The position numbers and the translations under genes are program-made. A stretch of DNA of 64,000 bases, taken from Dudresnaya verticillata (lineage: Eukaryota). How positions within the stretch are numbered: the stretch's first letter is position 1; every line of letters begins with the position of its first letter. The stretch covers positions 1,178,001-1,242,000 of the forward strand of contig OZ374558.1 of assembly GCA_977862235.1 (NCBI GenBank). Reading direction: 5' to 3'. The notes below the pieces were generated by a model. The model made no database searches and was not told the DNA's origin. It was given only the letters and a program-made list of their open reading frames with translations. Shown here piece by piece: positions 33,901 to 47,755 of this stretch.

Positions 33901-36144
33901 AGAGTCATCGCAGATACCGGAGCAGACATCCGTGTAGCGTTGTACACGAGTCGCGAATTCCGTATTGGTTTTTCGGACTTCTGCTTCGCGGTAATCACGA
34001 GATCGTGTGCGTCAGTGATTATATCTTCCGTGAGAAATCGTTGTAGCAATACGTTCACGATAGCGGACTAGCAAACCGAGTTGCCAGTACGAACGCCTCC
34101 AATGCATAGTGTTGATACACCTTGAGCGCAGTCTAGTCGAGGAACTACTAAATCGTTCGAACTGTTGCTCCTTCGGTGAGCCCGACTCCGTTCAACGCTT
34201 GACGAATAGAGAAATGCGAGGACCTTAATCGGATCGCGTGCAGTGAATTTCTCTAGTCTCGGCATCATCAAACGCATACGTGAAACGGTCTTTGATAAAT
34301 TACCTCGGAATACTTCGTGTTGGTTATCTCGAGATGACGAATCCGTAAGTCGATACGATCGATAACTCACGGCCCGTTCGAATTCGGGAATGAGCGTCGG
34401 AATCGATTCGACGCCCGGTTCGAGCGGTCCCCTGTGCCAGAACGATGACACGGGTCCCGCTAGCGATAACGGATTTTCGATTACGGCTCCTCCGGGGGAC
34501 ATCGGTGGTTGAAGTGAATCTCGGAATACTGCGGGGTTGATACGGGGGTTGTCGGAGGCATCGGTTGCCTAATGCGATGACGGGTGCGGGGACTGATTCG
34601 GATACGTGCTTTTCGGTAACGTAGATTGGGCACCCGGGCCTTGCAGGGGTTGAACTACCGGCGAATTGTGGGGGTCAGGACGGACATTGGGACGATCTTC
34701 GCGACTTCGAGTCTTTCCCTTCGGCAATGTGGCGGAAACAATGTCACGAACAGCGTTCAGATGGTCCTCCGAAAACGCGTGCGAGCTGCGAGCGGGAAGC
34801 GAGTGACTAGCCTTGCCCACGGGGCGGTTGCGCTGCACTCGAGCACAAGGAAACGGTTGCTGACTCCCGAGACGAGATCTCGGAGACTCTCGAGTGAGTC
34901 TTAGATCCTACGGACCTCGCCAGCACGGAGATTATCGAACTCTGCGTGAACTCGAATATGCGTATTACGAATTACAAGCTGCGTGATACGGTACGCAGTG
35001 GACAGTGCGTCGATGACCTCTTCGTATAGCAAACGTAGCTCGGCACCGGAGATTTCCTTCATCGAGAAGAGTCGATGGACGGTATCCGAGGGAACGATTT
35101 CCAACGGAGTGTACGTATACGAAAGGTCGGAGTGACCACCGTGAGCCTGCGAACGCGAGTCCTCGCGAAGATCGAGTTCCGTCATACGTGAAGCGCGAGC
35201 GCTAGAAAACGGTTCTCGGTCACTCGCGTTCGATTCGAACAACGGGAGCTCCGGAATCGGTACGTCATCGGGTTTCGGAACCGGCGAATTGGGACGACTC
35301 GAAGCGTGAGACATCCTGTCTCTGGTAGCAACGAATTAAGAATAAATGCGAACGTTTGTACCCAGGTTCTAGGTCGGGAGACCAGTGTGGTATAAAGAAT
35401 GTCCACGGAGACGCGGGGAAGTCTCGTACTGTAAGAGATGGCCTTGGAGCCGAACGTGTGACCTCGTAGCCTAAGGGAAAACGAAGAACGGAAAAGGGGT
35501 GGTAGCGTGGTAGAGCGGAGCTACCGACGCGAAGGACCACGGTGTCAACGTATTCGTGCGCGGAAGGGAGAACTCGAGCAATCGATCACCGGGGATGAAT
35601 CCGGGCGGGCGAGGCTATCGATACCGAGGCTTGACCGTATCCGCGGTCACGAACACGAAAACAAAGAAATCGAAGAAACCGGCGCTTATCGAAGATTCCG
35701 AGATCCGGGCGCTAGTCGCTTACCGAAAACCCTCGGAGGTCGTGCCAGACTACTGGCTAAGTATTACTACGTGAGCAAGAATACATGTAAACACGGGAGA
35801 CGGTTCACACTCGAATAATTCGTACGGCCTCGGAGCCAACGACCAGTCGTCTCACGTATGGTGGCGGTTACGAAGTGCACCAGCAATGCATACGGAGGTG
35901 CACGTGCGTCGTGGGCCTCGGAGCCGTTCGAGCATGGAACAAAGTGAAAACACGGGGGTGTCAGAGATTTTTTGTTCGGTGCGCACTGCAATGCGAATGC
36001 CATCGTGGCGCGCGCACATTATGCGCGCTGTAGTACGTTTGGCCATCGTGGCGTGCGCGTTCACGAAGTTGCTTCGAAATTCATATTTCTGGACTATTTT
36101 CACGTAGACCACGGAGTCGATTTGCGCACAGCGTCTATACCACA
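24914..36144 (-). mobile_element. Ty3/gypsy chromovirus (element 2), decayed, LTRs 35386-36144 and 24914-26324
   Basis: Both LTRs run tgtggtata...tataccaca/cata. PBS just below 35386. PPT-like gaggagggg at ~26328-26336. Gag, PR (VDTCSG), RT (YLDD, 31202-32116), RH, IN (29108-30222) and chromodomain (~28850-28985), with many frameshifts. Confidence 0.93.
25111..25798. mobile_element. Solo LTR nested inside the 3' LTR of element 2
   Basis: Absent from the sister LTR. Termini tatgttgaag / cttcaccaca form an imperfect inverted repeat. Flanked by gaatc/ggatc (5-bp TSD, one mismatch). Confidence 0.82.
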
Positions 36145-39100
36145 CGGACATCACGATATACTCCTCGGGCGTCATCCTGACACCGAAAAGCACGAATCAG
36201 GTTTTGCAGAGCTTGTCTTGCACAAGGATTCGGAAGCTCTGCACTTGCATATGTTGTCCTAATTTCTGATAGGTAGTGGTTCAAGAATCGTCCGTGGATA
36301 CGATTCTCTTCCAACAAATATACAACGTAGGCCAATACTGTGCCGCATGACGCCCGAAGCGAATGATGTCCTTCATCCAAGCAAAATGTGTTAAAATTGC
36401 GCCACTGGCTCGACTTCGGCAGAACCGTACTCTGACTCAGTTCATGAGCTGCTGCTAGCCTTATGCTGGACTCCCCGTCTCTAGTTAGAGGAACGCGATA
36501 TCGGAGGGCAGACTGGATCGCGAGGGAGGACCTCTGCCGACTTCGGCTATTTCGATTGCCTATTCTGAATTGGCGGAGGCGGAGTCGAATAGGGAGCCGT
36601 GCCTGGGATGTATCACGCGGGAGATTAGACAAAGGCGTTTTAGTAGCTTGTACCAAGTCGTTTCTGTCCAGTGTGGTACTAGAATGATCCGTGTGCCTGC
36701 TCTGCTTCGATTTTCAGGAGGGTGAACGCGATGAGCTGAGGTGGTGGGTTCCAAAGACGACTCCACCCGTCTCCCCAATACTCCTGGAACTGTGCGCGTA
36801 AGACCTCGGAGCGGGCCGCCGAGGCCTCCTTGAGTGGCCAGAAGCGACGAATGAGCTGTAAACTGAGAGAGGCTTCCAATTATAGAAGTAAAGAAGGTGT
36901 TGCTGCTAGATCCTGGCCGTCCCATGTCCGACTCAGGCGGTCGGCGTGATGGTTCAAGGCGGGTGGGATCCACACGGCCTTGAGAGTTACCTTCATTTTC
37001 CGTAGGAGGTTGTGCAAGAGGCGTAGCTCTGATATTAGCTCGGGACTGGAAGAAATCATGTTTTTGAAGACATGGAAGACCGCCATATTGTCTAGATGCA
37101 ACCTTATCCTGCCCTGGTGCCCGTGGAGCTGCGCGTGGATCAAATCCTCTTCCAATGTACGATTTACTGCCACCAGATCTCTGTATTTGATATATTTAAA
37201 CCTCAGGAATGGGGACCACACCTGTCGCACATGCACCGCGCCATCCGCTCCACCAGACCAGTCCTGTCCAAGCGTGCCTCCAAATCCTATGTCTGAGGCG
37301 TCGGCGTGGAGGTTCCAGGCTTCCTGATGAGCATAAATAAGACACCTATTGCCTACCAACATCTCGCTCCAGGCTTTGGGATCTCTTAGTCTAGAGTTTC
37401 TGAGACGAATCTTGCAGGATGGATATCGTCCTATGCGCCGAAGTTCCTGAAGTAGATCGCCGTGTAAATCTCGGGTGAAGCAACGCGCCAGCGGGGCTGG
37501 GGTTAGCTGCGAAACGGTCTTTCCCGTGAAAGTGCGGACTAGGGACTCCCGTTCCCAACGTTCGGCCTTCGCCGCAGTAGTGAGCAGGGCTTTGGACAAG
37601 TCCCGGAGCTGTCCAATCTTTTGTTCCGCAAAAATATCTAAAGCGCTCTGTGTCTATGACTAAACCGAGATGTTCTGGACGAGTAGTGCCTCGGCCCGAG
37701 ACTCCTTTGTATGTATGTCTTAGTAGTCCAAACTTTAGAAACAATGTATCCAAGGCCCCGCATAGTTGCACGCAATCCCCTGCCCTGCTTCACGAGGTTC
37801 CAGTACCAGGGACAAGTAGATAGTTTTCGATCCATGTCAGCACATGACAGTTCAAAGCAGACCCGATGTATCTGGTTAACGGGGCCAGGACATGGAAAAC
37901 CCAAAACGGTGACTGTGTCCACCTAAAATAGAAGCGCAATACATCTGTAGACCTTTCCTTAATGCCGAAATATGAACCATTTCCCCATCCGACTGTGCAA
38001 AGCAAAATGTCAGTGTCCCCCTTTCCAGTCGAAGGAGAGCATGTGATCCCTTACCAGACGGCAAGCCCCAAAGGCGGAAAGCGTCTCCATCAGCACTGCC
38101 GTTTTTCACTAGTATGTTGATTGCTTCTTCAAATTGATAATAAAGCGCCCATTCCCTTTCCTCCAGTCCACGAATGAATCAGATACGTAGTTGCCCTTTT
38201 CGACTTGTTCCAGGGCGTAATCCTTCGTTATCGTCTGATAAATTCCGGTGGCACAGCCTTCCTCTAGATCCCTTGCAGCATCTGTTTGTCTGCAGCATTC
38301 TGGAGGATCTCCGGAAGCATTGTACCTTCGGTAAAGGGCACATCCGGGGGAGCCCAGATCCCAAAGCGTAGACAGCGGATCACGTATGCAGATGCCCTGG
38401 TGAAACTCCAATCCTCGGCTCTTCGCCCCTTGAATGCCCATCTGGTGTGCTGCCAGGTGAGCGGTCGGTGTGGTTCTGTAGTGTTCATCAATTCTTCGAG
38501 CCGCCCGCCTTGGGCGCGTCACGATCCTTTTCGGCAGAAGGGTTGCTGATGTCTGTATTTGCGATGATCTTGGAAGTTTCAACAATTTACATGTCAGACT
38601 GCTCTTGATAGACCGATGCATACATCTCGGACTGGACCTGGGCATGTCTCGCTTCAAATTTCGTTTCCACAAGTTCTCAGATATGTCTAGCCATCGCAGG
38701 AACTTTAGTGAGTACAGCATGGAAGTGGGTGGTACGCATAGCCAGTACTTCCTTGCTAGCCAAGAAAGAGTCATACAGGAGCTGGAGCAACCTTCCTTGG
38801 CCGCGGGCGTCTCCAGAATGCTTTAAGAAGTCGAAACCACAAAGGACCTGCTCGAAAATGTTCCCCGCGATGTGGATGTACTCCAGTTCTTTTCCATTCC
38901 TTCTATCCTTCCAGATAGTGTCCCAGTACATGTTTGTATCTGGCTTAGAGTAGCTCGGCTAGTATGGTTGCACGAGTTCAGCACGAGGCCTCATAACTGA
39001 ACAACCAGCAAGACTGCTGGAAAGAAGATGATTGATGGCCTTGGTCTAGTCCTCCGGTCCGATGACCTGGATGCTCGATGAATTGAACGACAGCTCAGCA

Positions 39101-39400
39101 TGGTTATCAGCGGGTTCAATTGATATGAAGCTAGATACCACGTGGCCGACACGTGCCGCCAACTGGACGCCTTGTATTGGCTGATCTACGACGCCCCGCT
39201 GCCCTCCTACGCACGAACGAGGAGCGCCTCTGCGCTCAGGGTATCGACAGTGCAATCGAGACCCCGGCTTGCGCACCACCGTATCCACCACCAAGTGCCC
39301 GTACCGGGACGCATCCCCCTATTTACATTGTACTGACTGTATAATCTTTGTAGCTATAATCACAGACTAACATAGACCCCCTTTCGGGCTGATAGACTTT
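36145..39400 (-). mobile_element. DIRS-type tyrosine-recombinase retrotransposon, decayed and 3'-truncated
   Basis: RT (GRFIINLK, degenerate YxDD 'WIEN', EHLGLVIDT). RNase H (HADASDIGFGG, LHLDN, NHHADRLSR). MT-like domain (WNPP...LVPHW...W). Start of YR (SQWRNFNTFC...VLAYVVYL). Gag-like ORF at 38500-39000. Confidence 0.87.
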
Positions 39401-39405
39401 TCGGC

Positions 39406-39770
39406 TGTCAAGCCCTACTTATGGACGCCGGAGTAGCCGGCGCCCTCAGAATAAACACTCAGCGGAGCTGTTCGGAAATTGTTCACCTTTTGGTCGTTCG
39501 GACGCTCCGCTCCTGCAGGGGTCGCCCAGTACAGGCCCGGAAATCGTACGACAAGTGCTCTACGAAATACCGGGTCGCAACCTCTATATTTTCCCTCAGT
39601 CGGTCGCGCCGAGTCTTTACCATGCTTCTGCAACCCCCTCTTCGGGCCTTCAGGGCTCGCCCCCTTTCAAGACTCTACCAAACCTCCTTCGAGCTACCAC
39701 TCATTAGCGTGTGATAGACAGCTGTCTTTTTCTGTTCTTTGCTGTTCCTGGCCGGTGTCGTACTGCTACA
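39406..39770 (+). repeat. LTR (TGTCAA...CTACA), family related to the element-1 LTR
   Basis: Homologous to 43106-43500. The 3' end (gagctacc...ttagcgtgtg...tactgctaca) resembles the element-1 LTR end. Confidence 0.8.
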
Positions 39771-42700
39771 GACACCGGGGTCCTCCGCGTCGGTCACCCC
39801 GCACTACCACGCTACCATCCCTTTTCCTTTCTTCGTCTTCCCTTACGCTACGAGGCCACACGTTCGGCTCCGAGCCATTCTCTTACAGTGCGGGACTTCT
39901 CCGAGTCTCCGTGGACTTCGTTATACCACACTGATCTCCCGGCCTAGAACGTGGTTTCGAAGTTGCGCATATTCGTTATTCATAATTCACTTTCATCCGA
40001 GACACGATGTCTCACACTCCAAGTCGTCCCGATTCGCCTGTTCCGGAACGCGATGAAGTACCGCTTAAGGAGCTCCCGTTATTTGAGTCGAACGCGAGTG
40101 ACCGAGAACCGTTTTCTCGAGCTCGCGCTTCAGGTATGACGGGCCCCGATCTTCGCGCGGACTCACATTCGCAGGCTAACGGTAGCCACTCCTACCTTTC
40201 GTATACGTACACTACGTTGGAAATCGTTCCCTCGGATACCCTCAATCGACTCTTCTCGGTGAAGGAAGTCTCCAGTGCCGAGATACAAATACTCTACGAA
40301 GAGGTCATCGACGTGGTGTCCACTGCGTACCGTATCACGCATATTTCAATTCTCAGTACGCATAATCGCGTTCACGCAGAGTTCGACAATTTCCGTGCTA
40401 GAAAGGTCCTTAAGATCGAAGACTAACTCGAGAGTCCACGCTATCTCGTCTCGGGAGTCAGCAACCGTCCTTGTGCTGGAGTGCAGCGCAACCGCCCCGT
40501 GGGCAAGGCGAGTCACTCGCTTCCCGTTCGCAGCTCGCACGCATTTTTGGAGGACCAGTTGAACGCTATTCGTGAAACCGTGTCCGCCGCGTTACCGAAG
40601 GAAAAGACTCGAAGTCGCTTTAATCTTCCCGATGTCCATCCTGACCCCCAAAATTTGCCGCTAGTTCAACCCGTGCAAAGCCCGGGTGCCCAATCTACTT
40701 TCCCTAAAAATACATATCCGATTCCGTTTACTCGTCCTACTACTTCTTATCCAGCAACCGATGCCTCCGACAACTCAAGTATCAACCCCGCCGTCTTCCG
40801 AGATTCGTTTCAACCACTGATGTCCCCCGGAGGACCCCTAACCGAAAATCCATTACCGCTCACGGCACGCGTGCCATCTTTTTGGCATTGGGGACCGCTT
40901 GAGCCGGCCATCGAGCCTATTCCGCGCTCATTCCCGAATTCGCGCGGGCCGTGAGTAATCGATCGTATCGACTTACGAATTCGTCACCTCGAGATGAACA
41001 ACACGAAGTATTCCGAGATACCGCATCGAAGGCCGTTTCACGTATGCGTTCGATGATGCAGAGACTCAAAAATTGACGGGACGCGATCTGATTAAGGTTG
41101 TCGCATTTCTTTGTGATATTCGTCAAGCGTTGAACGGAGTCGGGCTCACCGAAGGAGCACCAGTTCGAACGATTTCGTGGTTCCTCAATGAGACCGCGCA
41201 AAAGGTGTATCAACACTATGCCTTCGAAGCCGTTCGTACTGGGAACCAGGTTTTCTGTCCGTTATCGTGAACATATTGCTACAAAGATTTCGCACGGAAG
41301 ACTTAAGCTCTGACGCACACGACCGTGTGATTACAGCGAAGCAGAAGTCGGACGAAACCGAAATGGAATTCGCGACCCGTTTACAAGGCTATGCGGATGT
41401 TTGCTCCGGTATATACGATGACTCCTCGTTAACGCATCAGTTCATTCGTGGGTTGCTACCAACTACGTATCTCATTGTGGCCGATCAGATGCGCTGACTA
41501 CCGCTGTCCGAGCAGAACCACTTCATGAGCGTGCAACGAATCGCGCAAGCCGAAGGCACGACATTCCGAGCTCGCGAAACATGTGACACCGCGGCCCAAC
41601 AAATCGCGTGATTCGAAGAACCGAGTGTCTGTTACGTACCCAAAGATTCTCCAAGCACCCGGGCGCTCGATGCTTATCGAAGATTGCGATACGCCCGGGA
41701 GTGAATTCTAGTACCCGATGAACGAAGACCCGCAAATGGCCGTGATGATGATTCGCTCAGGACCCGGGTCCACGTCCGCTACAACGACTACTTCTACAAC
41801 GGTCTCCGTGGACGATACGCTGGATCTCAGGAGTCGCATTGAGCTTTTCGTACCCGCGCGTGTCCCGTCGATGACCCCGGAGCAAATCGACATGGCGCGT
41901 TCGATGATCCCGAAGAATCAGGATGTGTAGCCGTATTGGTTTTGCCGCGAAGTCGGTCACCTGATGCATTCGTGTCCGTATCTCACGAAGGAGCAGCAAC
42001 TCTACTGCTCAACTCGAGACGAGACCGTATACGCGCACTAACTTCGTTAATCGCGGTGCTGCAAGAGGGAATTCGTTCGCGTCCGTTGACAATTGAGGTC
42101 ACCGTGGACAGGAATCCCGAGTATCGCGTGACAATCGCATAAATCGAGACCTTCGTCGAGGCTATACGTGCCATCCGAGGGACCGCGCCCAGTGTCAAGT
42201 CAGCTTCGACCGTCGAGGACCGCCCACCGTCCTCCGCAACCCGAGATACGCGCAGGCCCCGAGCCGCCAACCGGTTCTCGCCGTCCGTGAAAACGTTGAC
42301 GCGATTGAGCCGGGTCACCGGAACATGCCCTTGGAGGCTTACGAATACTCCGTGAATAACGGAAGAGGTGCTGTGTCGACCACATCCTTGGCCGCGGATC
42401 CCTGTAACACGGATTTTACCTCGCGTTCGGAAAACGAGTAAAGGCGAAGACGCACGTTGTGTCACTTATTTCGTCTCATTCCGTTCCCCGAGACACCCCG
42501 CGCATTCCAACTCCGAAAGCCACTGCGATGCGAAGGAAGCGTGCTACGCAACGATGAGATCGAAAGGGACGTCGAGTCCTCGCGAAAGCTGCTTCGTCCA
42601 AAAACGATTCCAAGAAGGTACCGATTCCGAAGATCGAACCCGCAGTTACCACCGAGGGATATGTTTGCTTGATGACATAGGAGATCTTCCTCGTGACCGG

Positions 42701-43105
42701 ATCCATAGGCCTCGATGCCTCCGTAATGAAGCCACATACGATTGCTGTCGATACGTGTTCCGGTTACAATCTAATAGCCCGGGCAGCGTTACCCATCGGT
42801 TGGGACGCGAACGCGTCCACGATGGAATCCGCTCCGCGGCTCGCGTCCGCTGATCGCACCCTTCTACGACTCGATGGTATCATCTACCTGACACTCCGCC
42901 TCCGGAGTATTCGTTCCCGCGTACCATTCGTGGTTGCGGAAAAACTCATGGTCGATGTTCTCCTTGGAACTTCGTGGATGGACGCGCATTTACCAAGCAT
43001 CGAGCTCAGCCCACGGAGGCTCATGATGAAGCGTAGAAGCAAGATTCCGATTATCAATCGCATTGCTGAATCGGCTCCCCCGCTATTAATTCGAAACGTT
43101 TCGTT
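39771..43105 (+). mobile_element. Partial copy of the element-2 family (LTR end, PBS, gag, protease), inverted relative to element 2
   Basis: LTR end ttataccaca at 39930, then a PBS variant. MSHTPSRPDSPVPE parallels MSHASSRPNSPVPK (34901-35314). Protease HTIAVDTCSG at 42693-43100. Confidence 0.92.
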
Positions 43106-43500
43106 TGTCAAAGTCCTATTTATGGGCGGGCGGCGCCCTCAGAATACAACCTCAGCCGAGTTGCTCGGGATTCACCCATGGGTGAATCCCGAGCAACTCG
43201 GCTGAAGTGCACTTCCTGGCCTTTCGGGCGCTCCGCGCCTGCAGGGGATTCCTAGTTCCGGCCTGGGAATTGCGCGACAAGTTCTCTGCAAAACAACAGG
43301 TTGCGACCACCACTTGATTCCCTTTAATCGGTCGCGCCGAGTCTTTACCGCGCTGTAGCACCCCTTTTCCCTTCCTGGCCGTTTTTTTCTTCCCCTTTAG
43401 TGTGTACCAACCTCCGTACGAGCTACCCAATTAGCGTGTGTTTCCGGACAGCCGTACATTCTTGTTGAGGGCTATTGCTGGCCGGCGCCATACTGCTACA
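43106..43500 (+). repeat. LTR (TGTCAA...CTACA) containing a perfect 54-bp palindrome
   Basis: Homologous to 39406-39770; truncates the protease region. Confidence 0.8.
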
Positions 43501-46500
43501 CCCTTTGCTAGTTCATTAACTGAGCAAATTTCATTCCCATACAGGTCATTGAGAATTATTATGGCCTGCTGTACTAATAACCTCTTGTTCTCAGAGGATT
43601 TGTTTCTTTGATATTCTTTCAACCGCTATAATATATCCCTTATATTGCGATGTTTCTCTCAAAGGCAAAAATACCATTGAACCACTTGCGCTGGCATGCG
43701 TTGACAGTACAGAGAGAAGAAACAGGATCTCTATCCTGACACGCCCCCAAGCTCTGTACTAAGAGCGGAGGTCAGGACTTAGATATGTCTCTTCGACCTT
43801 TTTTAAACCAGTAGTCAGACTCTGAGTACTTGTTGGCAGACGTGAGTATTTGAAATTCGATTAATAGCCTGAATCCCGTCAGGTCTGTCTGGAGATTACA
43901 GAGCTTTCATAGTAGGTTCATCACAAGTAGACACAGCTGAGGGTAATGCTCTGGAGAGATACTTCACTGTATTCAAATGAAGCAAATTGTAGCGAGACGA
44001 ACCATGCGTTTTTTGTTGTCTACTGTATCTGCCATACAAGGCAACATGAGCCTCCACACCCATGTTGCCCGCTGTAGCGGTGTTATTTGTCGAAGCAGGT
44101 GCCGGTTCCGTCACGGGCGGCTCTCCATGACAACTGAGTTGTCTGTGAATGTTTTAAACAACTCTTGACTGTCTGCTGGTGTGGAAGACTGCTCTTTATT
44201 AATAGCAGGCACCTCGCCGCCATTCGGATAATCGGTAGGATTTATATCAACATTTTCCTCAGAGTCACTCGATTCAGAAATGGAATCATCGGAAGGGCGA
44301 CTCCTTCTTTGCTTTATGAGTATTGGAGTCTGATTATAGCCGGGGAAGTCAACTTTACTGAAGATAACATGCTTGGTACGAATTATAGTACTATTATATG
44401 TAAGAATCAGGTAAATACCGCCTTGTATATGTCCCAGATTGCTACCCTTGCGAATACGCTGCTCAAATGGGTGCAGTTTGAGAACATTTCTGCGATACCA
44501 TACAAGGCATCCGAAAGGATGAATGTAGTTAACGTGCGGCGAAGGTTCACCAAACATGACATTGTGAGGATTTTCCTTGGTCGCACAGTGCGGAATCATG
44601 TTCATCGCCTGAATTACATGCTGTACCGCTTCAGGCCAAAAGGTTACAGGGAAACCCGCGTGTAAAATAGCAGCCTGCGAGAGAGTACATATAATACTTA
44701 TCGTTCTCTCCGCAAGTCCATTAGATTTCGTATAGGGCATAGTTTCAGACATAGCAACCTCTTATTCAGCGAGGGGTTTATTGCCACCTTGAATTATCTA
44801 CCTCCGTCAATGTGGTAAGAGCAAATATGGCGGCCCGACTGTCGTTAGAGCTTGCCCGCATGTGAAAGCACAAACGGGCTCGCTTTCCCTTTGTTCCTGA
44901 CAGCATCAGAACCTATCATGCGAGATCGTTCGTCTGTTATGGCCACGAAGTATCGATGTCTCAGGTGAGATATTGGGAGAATGGGACCTTTCACATCTGC
45001 ATGTAGGTGTCCAAGATTATTTTCTTTCGTAAGAGAACCGACAAAACGCTTCCGGTACTTCCCAAAAGACAATTTTCGCAGGATGTGTTAGAACAGCGTG
45101 GCCTGGGTACGTCACCACACTGGATAAAATTACGTACAACGTCATCATTTCCGATGTGAGCTAGGCGGTTCTGCCAAATTAAGACCTATTTCTCAGGTAT
45201 GTTTCTGGTAGCTGCGCAGGTTTTGTTAGCGACATCAGAAGAATCTAACATCGAAGAAAGTGACGCAACAGACGACTCGCTTTCCGCCAAGTAACCACTC
45301 ATTATGGACGAAGATGAAACGGTATCGCCGTCTGAAGAAGTTTTGTACAAGTCTGTATTTAGCGTTGAAGCGGACTCACCACTACAGCTAGATTCATATA
45401 GATCGTCCTCTGAGGAAGTGTAGTACGAACTTGTACTTGATGTCGGAACGGACTCACCACTACAACGAGAGTCACATACATCATCGTGATGAGAATACCC
45501 AACACTTGAATCAGATATTGCGCGAACGTTCATATCTGTATCAGGTATTGTAGAGCTTGAACCTGGGTTACCGGAGCATGAGTTGTCCCTATTTGAAAAA
45601 ACGCTTCAGATCTCAACGTCTACGCGGTTTGAACTAGCATTTTATCGTCCGATTAATTTGCTGAAGAAGAAGAGTACGTTGTGGATACTTCGGAGGATGG
45701 ATCAGACTAATAGTCGGAATTGTATCCTTCACTCCCATGGAGGAGGGGTACATCAGATTCTGCGTCGCAACTATCTGTTTCATTAGAGGAGCTCCAAGTT
45801 TCACCCGAAAGAGTATCAGAAACGACGGCCATCATGGCTCTTGCAATATAATGGCCATCTTTGAGACGAGGGGAAATTTGTTTCCCATCTTGGTCACCGT
45901 CAATATAGTAAGGACCATCCGAGCCCCTTGGAGCATATGCAATAATACGACAATCATCATCTCCATCAATAAATAGGACAGTTTCTGGTGTGAAAAGAGT
46001 GCATATTACCATTGCAGCAAGTGCAGGGATGGATAACAAACTCATAGAGAGCTTAGGAACAAAAAGAGTGTTACTGAGGGAAACGTTTGTAACCCCACCA
46101 TCACTATACCACGAAGCGAGTCCGGTTCCAGACAAAGTTTCATGAACCTTGGAGGCATCTCCAAGTGTTTTGGGTAATGTCAACATGTATCTTTCCATAA
46201 ACATTGCTATTATCTGGTGTCATATGAGACGTTGTACCAGAGCCTAGGATGACCGATTCTCCCTTCAGGATACCTGTTATCACCCGGGCTGTCGCTGCAC
46301 GGTCCTTGGGCGGTACCTCTTTTCAGAGGAGATCTTACTATTCCCTTTTTCCTTCTTGCTCGTTTTCTTATGCCTGTCGTCCTTTTTGAAAGAATAGATG
46401 CTATCATAATTAGCTGATCTACCTCCGCTAAATTGCTTTTAAACAGTAGCTTGAGTCTCATTGGGAAGATTAAGCTTATTGCCTGAGTTTTTCGGATTGA

Positions 46501-47755
46501 ACAGCGTGCAGTGCTGCGGTTGGACTTGTGATAAATATGGCGCACGGGGTCAGCGCTTTTATGTCCTCACCATGGGTGTATCAAGACCGCGGCGACCGAC
46601 GGGCGGTCGCCTGAAACGGCTCATTCGCCGTTGGCGCAAACACGTCATCGACGATTGGCCTACCGACGCGCGGGCGCCATACCTCGCACCACGCGCGCCC
46701 GACGCACTGTACGGCACAACGCTGTGGAGCGGATCTGGATGGCGCATCGGGATCAGCTTGGTGTAAGGTGCTCGACTGTCAGTTGTGCCCGAATCCCGAT
46801 TGAATCCGGATCCGACATCCGGATCGGACATCGGGATCCGCTGTAATGATGGCGCCTGTAATACTGCTGCCAATCGGGATCGGAATCCGGATCGCCTGCA
46901 GTACCGCGCAAGCGCGCTTCTGTAAGACGCGCACGGCGGCATACAGCGGCTGCACCGCCCCGGGATGTGTCAAACGCACCTCTACACGACACGCGTCCCG
47001 GGTTCCCGCGCAATACGTCATGCAGCAGCTGCGCCGCGGCCCCATATAATTAAGTAGGTACCTCGTCTAGGACGTAGCAGTAAAATCCCAGTAAACCGGT
47101 TTGGGTCTGGACTTCCCCTTTCGCGTCGCGCGCCATCAACCGCTACCCGAAGGCATAAGCGTCCGTCTACCCGCGCTTCCGCGTCCGCTGCCGTTCTGGA
47201 CGTGCTTCTTCTTCGGTTTTCTTCCCCTTTCTACTTGCGCTTTGGGCGTCTAAAGTCCGCCCCTGGCGTATCATTGCTCGACCACCACTCGTCGCCGACG
47301 CGCTACCCGCCGAGCTGAACTATTCGGACGTGTCTACATCAACGAAGATTTGCACGACAATAAATTGAACATTTTTGGTTAGATGGCATGCCGAATTTAA
47401 TGTGCCCAACTTTCTTTGTGGATGCCAAAATGGTTTATGCTCCTCCATGGGCCTAGCTCTGACATATTCCAATTCTAGCTCTTCTTCAGCAAGCGTAGTG
47501 ATTGCTGCGTTGGCAGCTATTAGCTGCTCAGACTGGATAGATGCGATGAGAATTCCGACAACCGTAACCTCATCCAAAGAAGCTCCCATGATCTTCATAT
47601 TGTCGAGCAAGCCGCTCATCTTGACGATATGCGCGGATAGGTCATGCGACATGTAATCGAAACGTACGGTTAGTAGTTCACGCATACATGATATCCTAAA
47701 TGCAGTTGTTTTAGGGTCTTATCTCTGGTCCAACATTTCCTGGATTTTATAAGGA
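43501..47755 (-). mobile_element. Ty1/copia remnant 1 (gag, protease, gag-pre-integrase, integrase, start of RT region), heavily decayed
   Basis: Gag-like 47320-47685. ILGSGTTSHMT protease. WQNRLAH. LHADVKGPI, RYFVAITDERSR, SNGLAER, FWPEAV, HPFGC. Confidence 0.88.
46527..47338. mobile_element. GC-rich insertion in the copia gag, possibly a solo LTR
   Basis: Abrupt GC-rich block bounded by TGTG...TACA, with a TATA-like catataatt at ~47043 and clustered ggatc/ccggat motifs. No TSD found. Confidence 0.45.

Noticed and set aside
39406..43500. The two TGTCAA...CTACA LTRs as the ends of a single element
   Set aside because: They are strongly diverged, no PBS follows the first, there is no TSD, and the interior belongs to the element-2 family with its own LTR end
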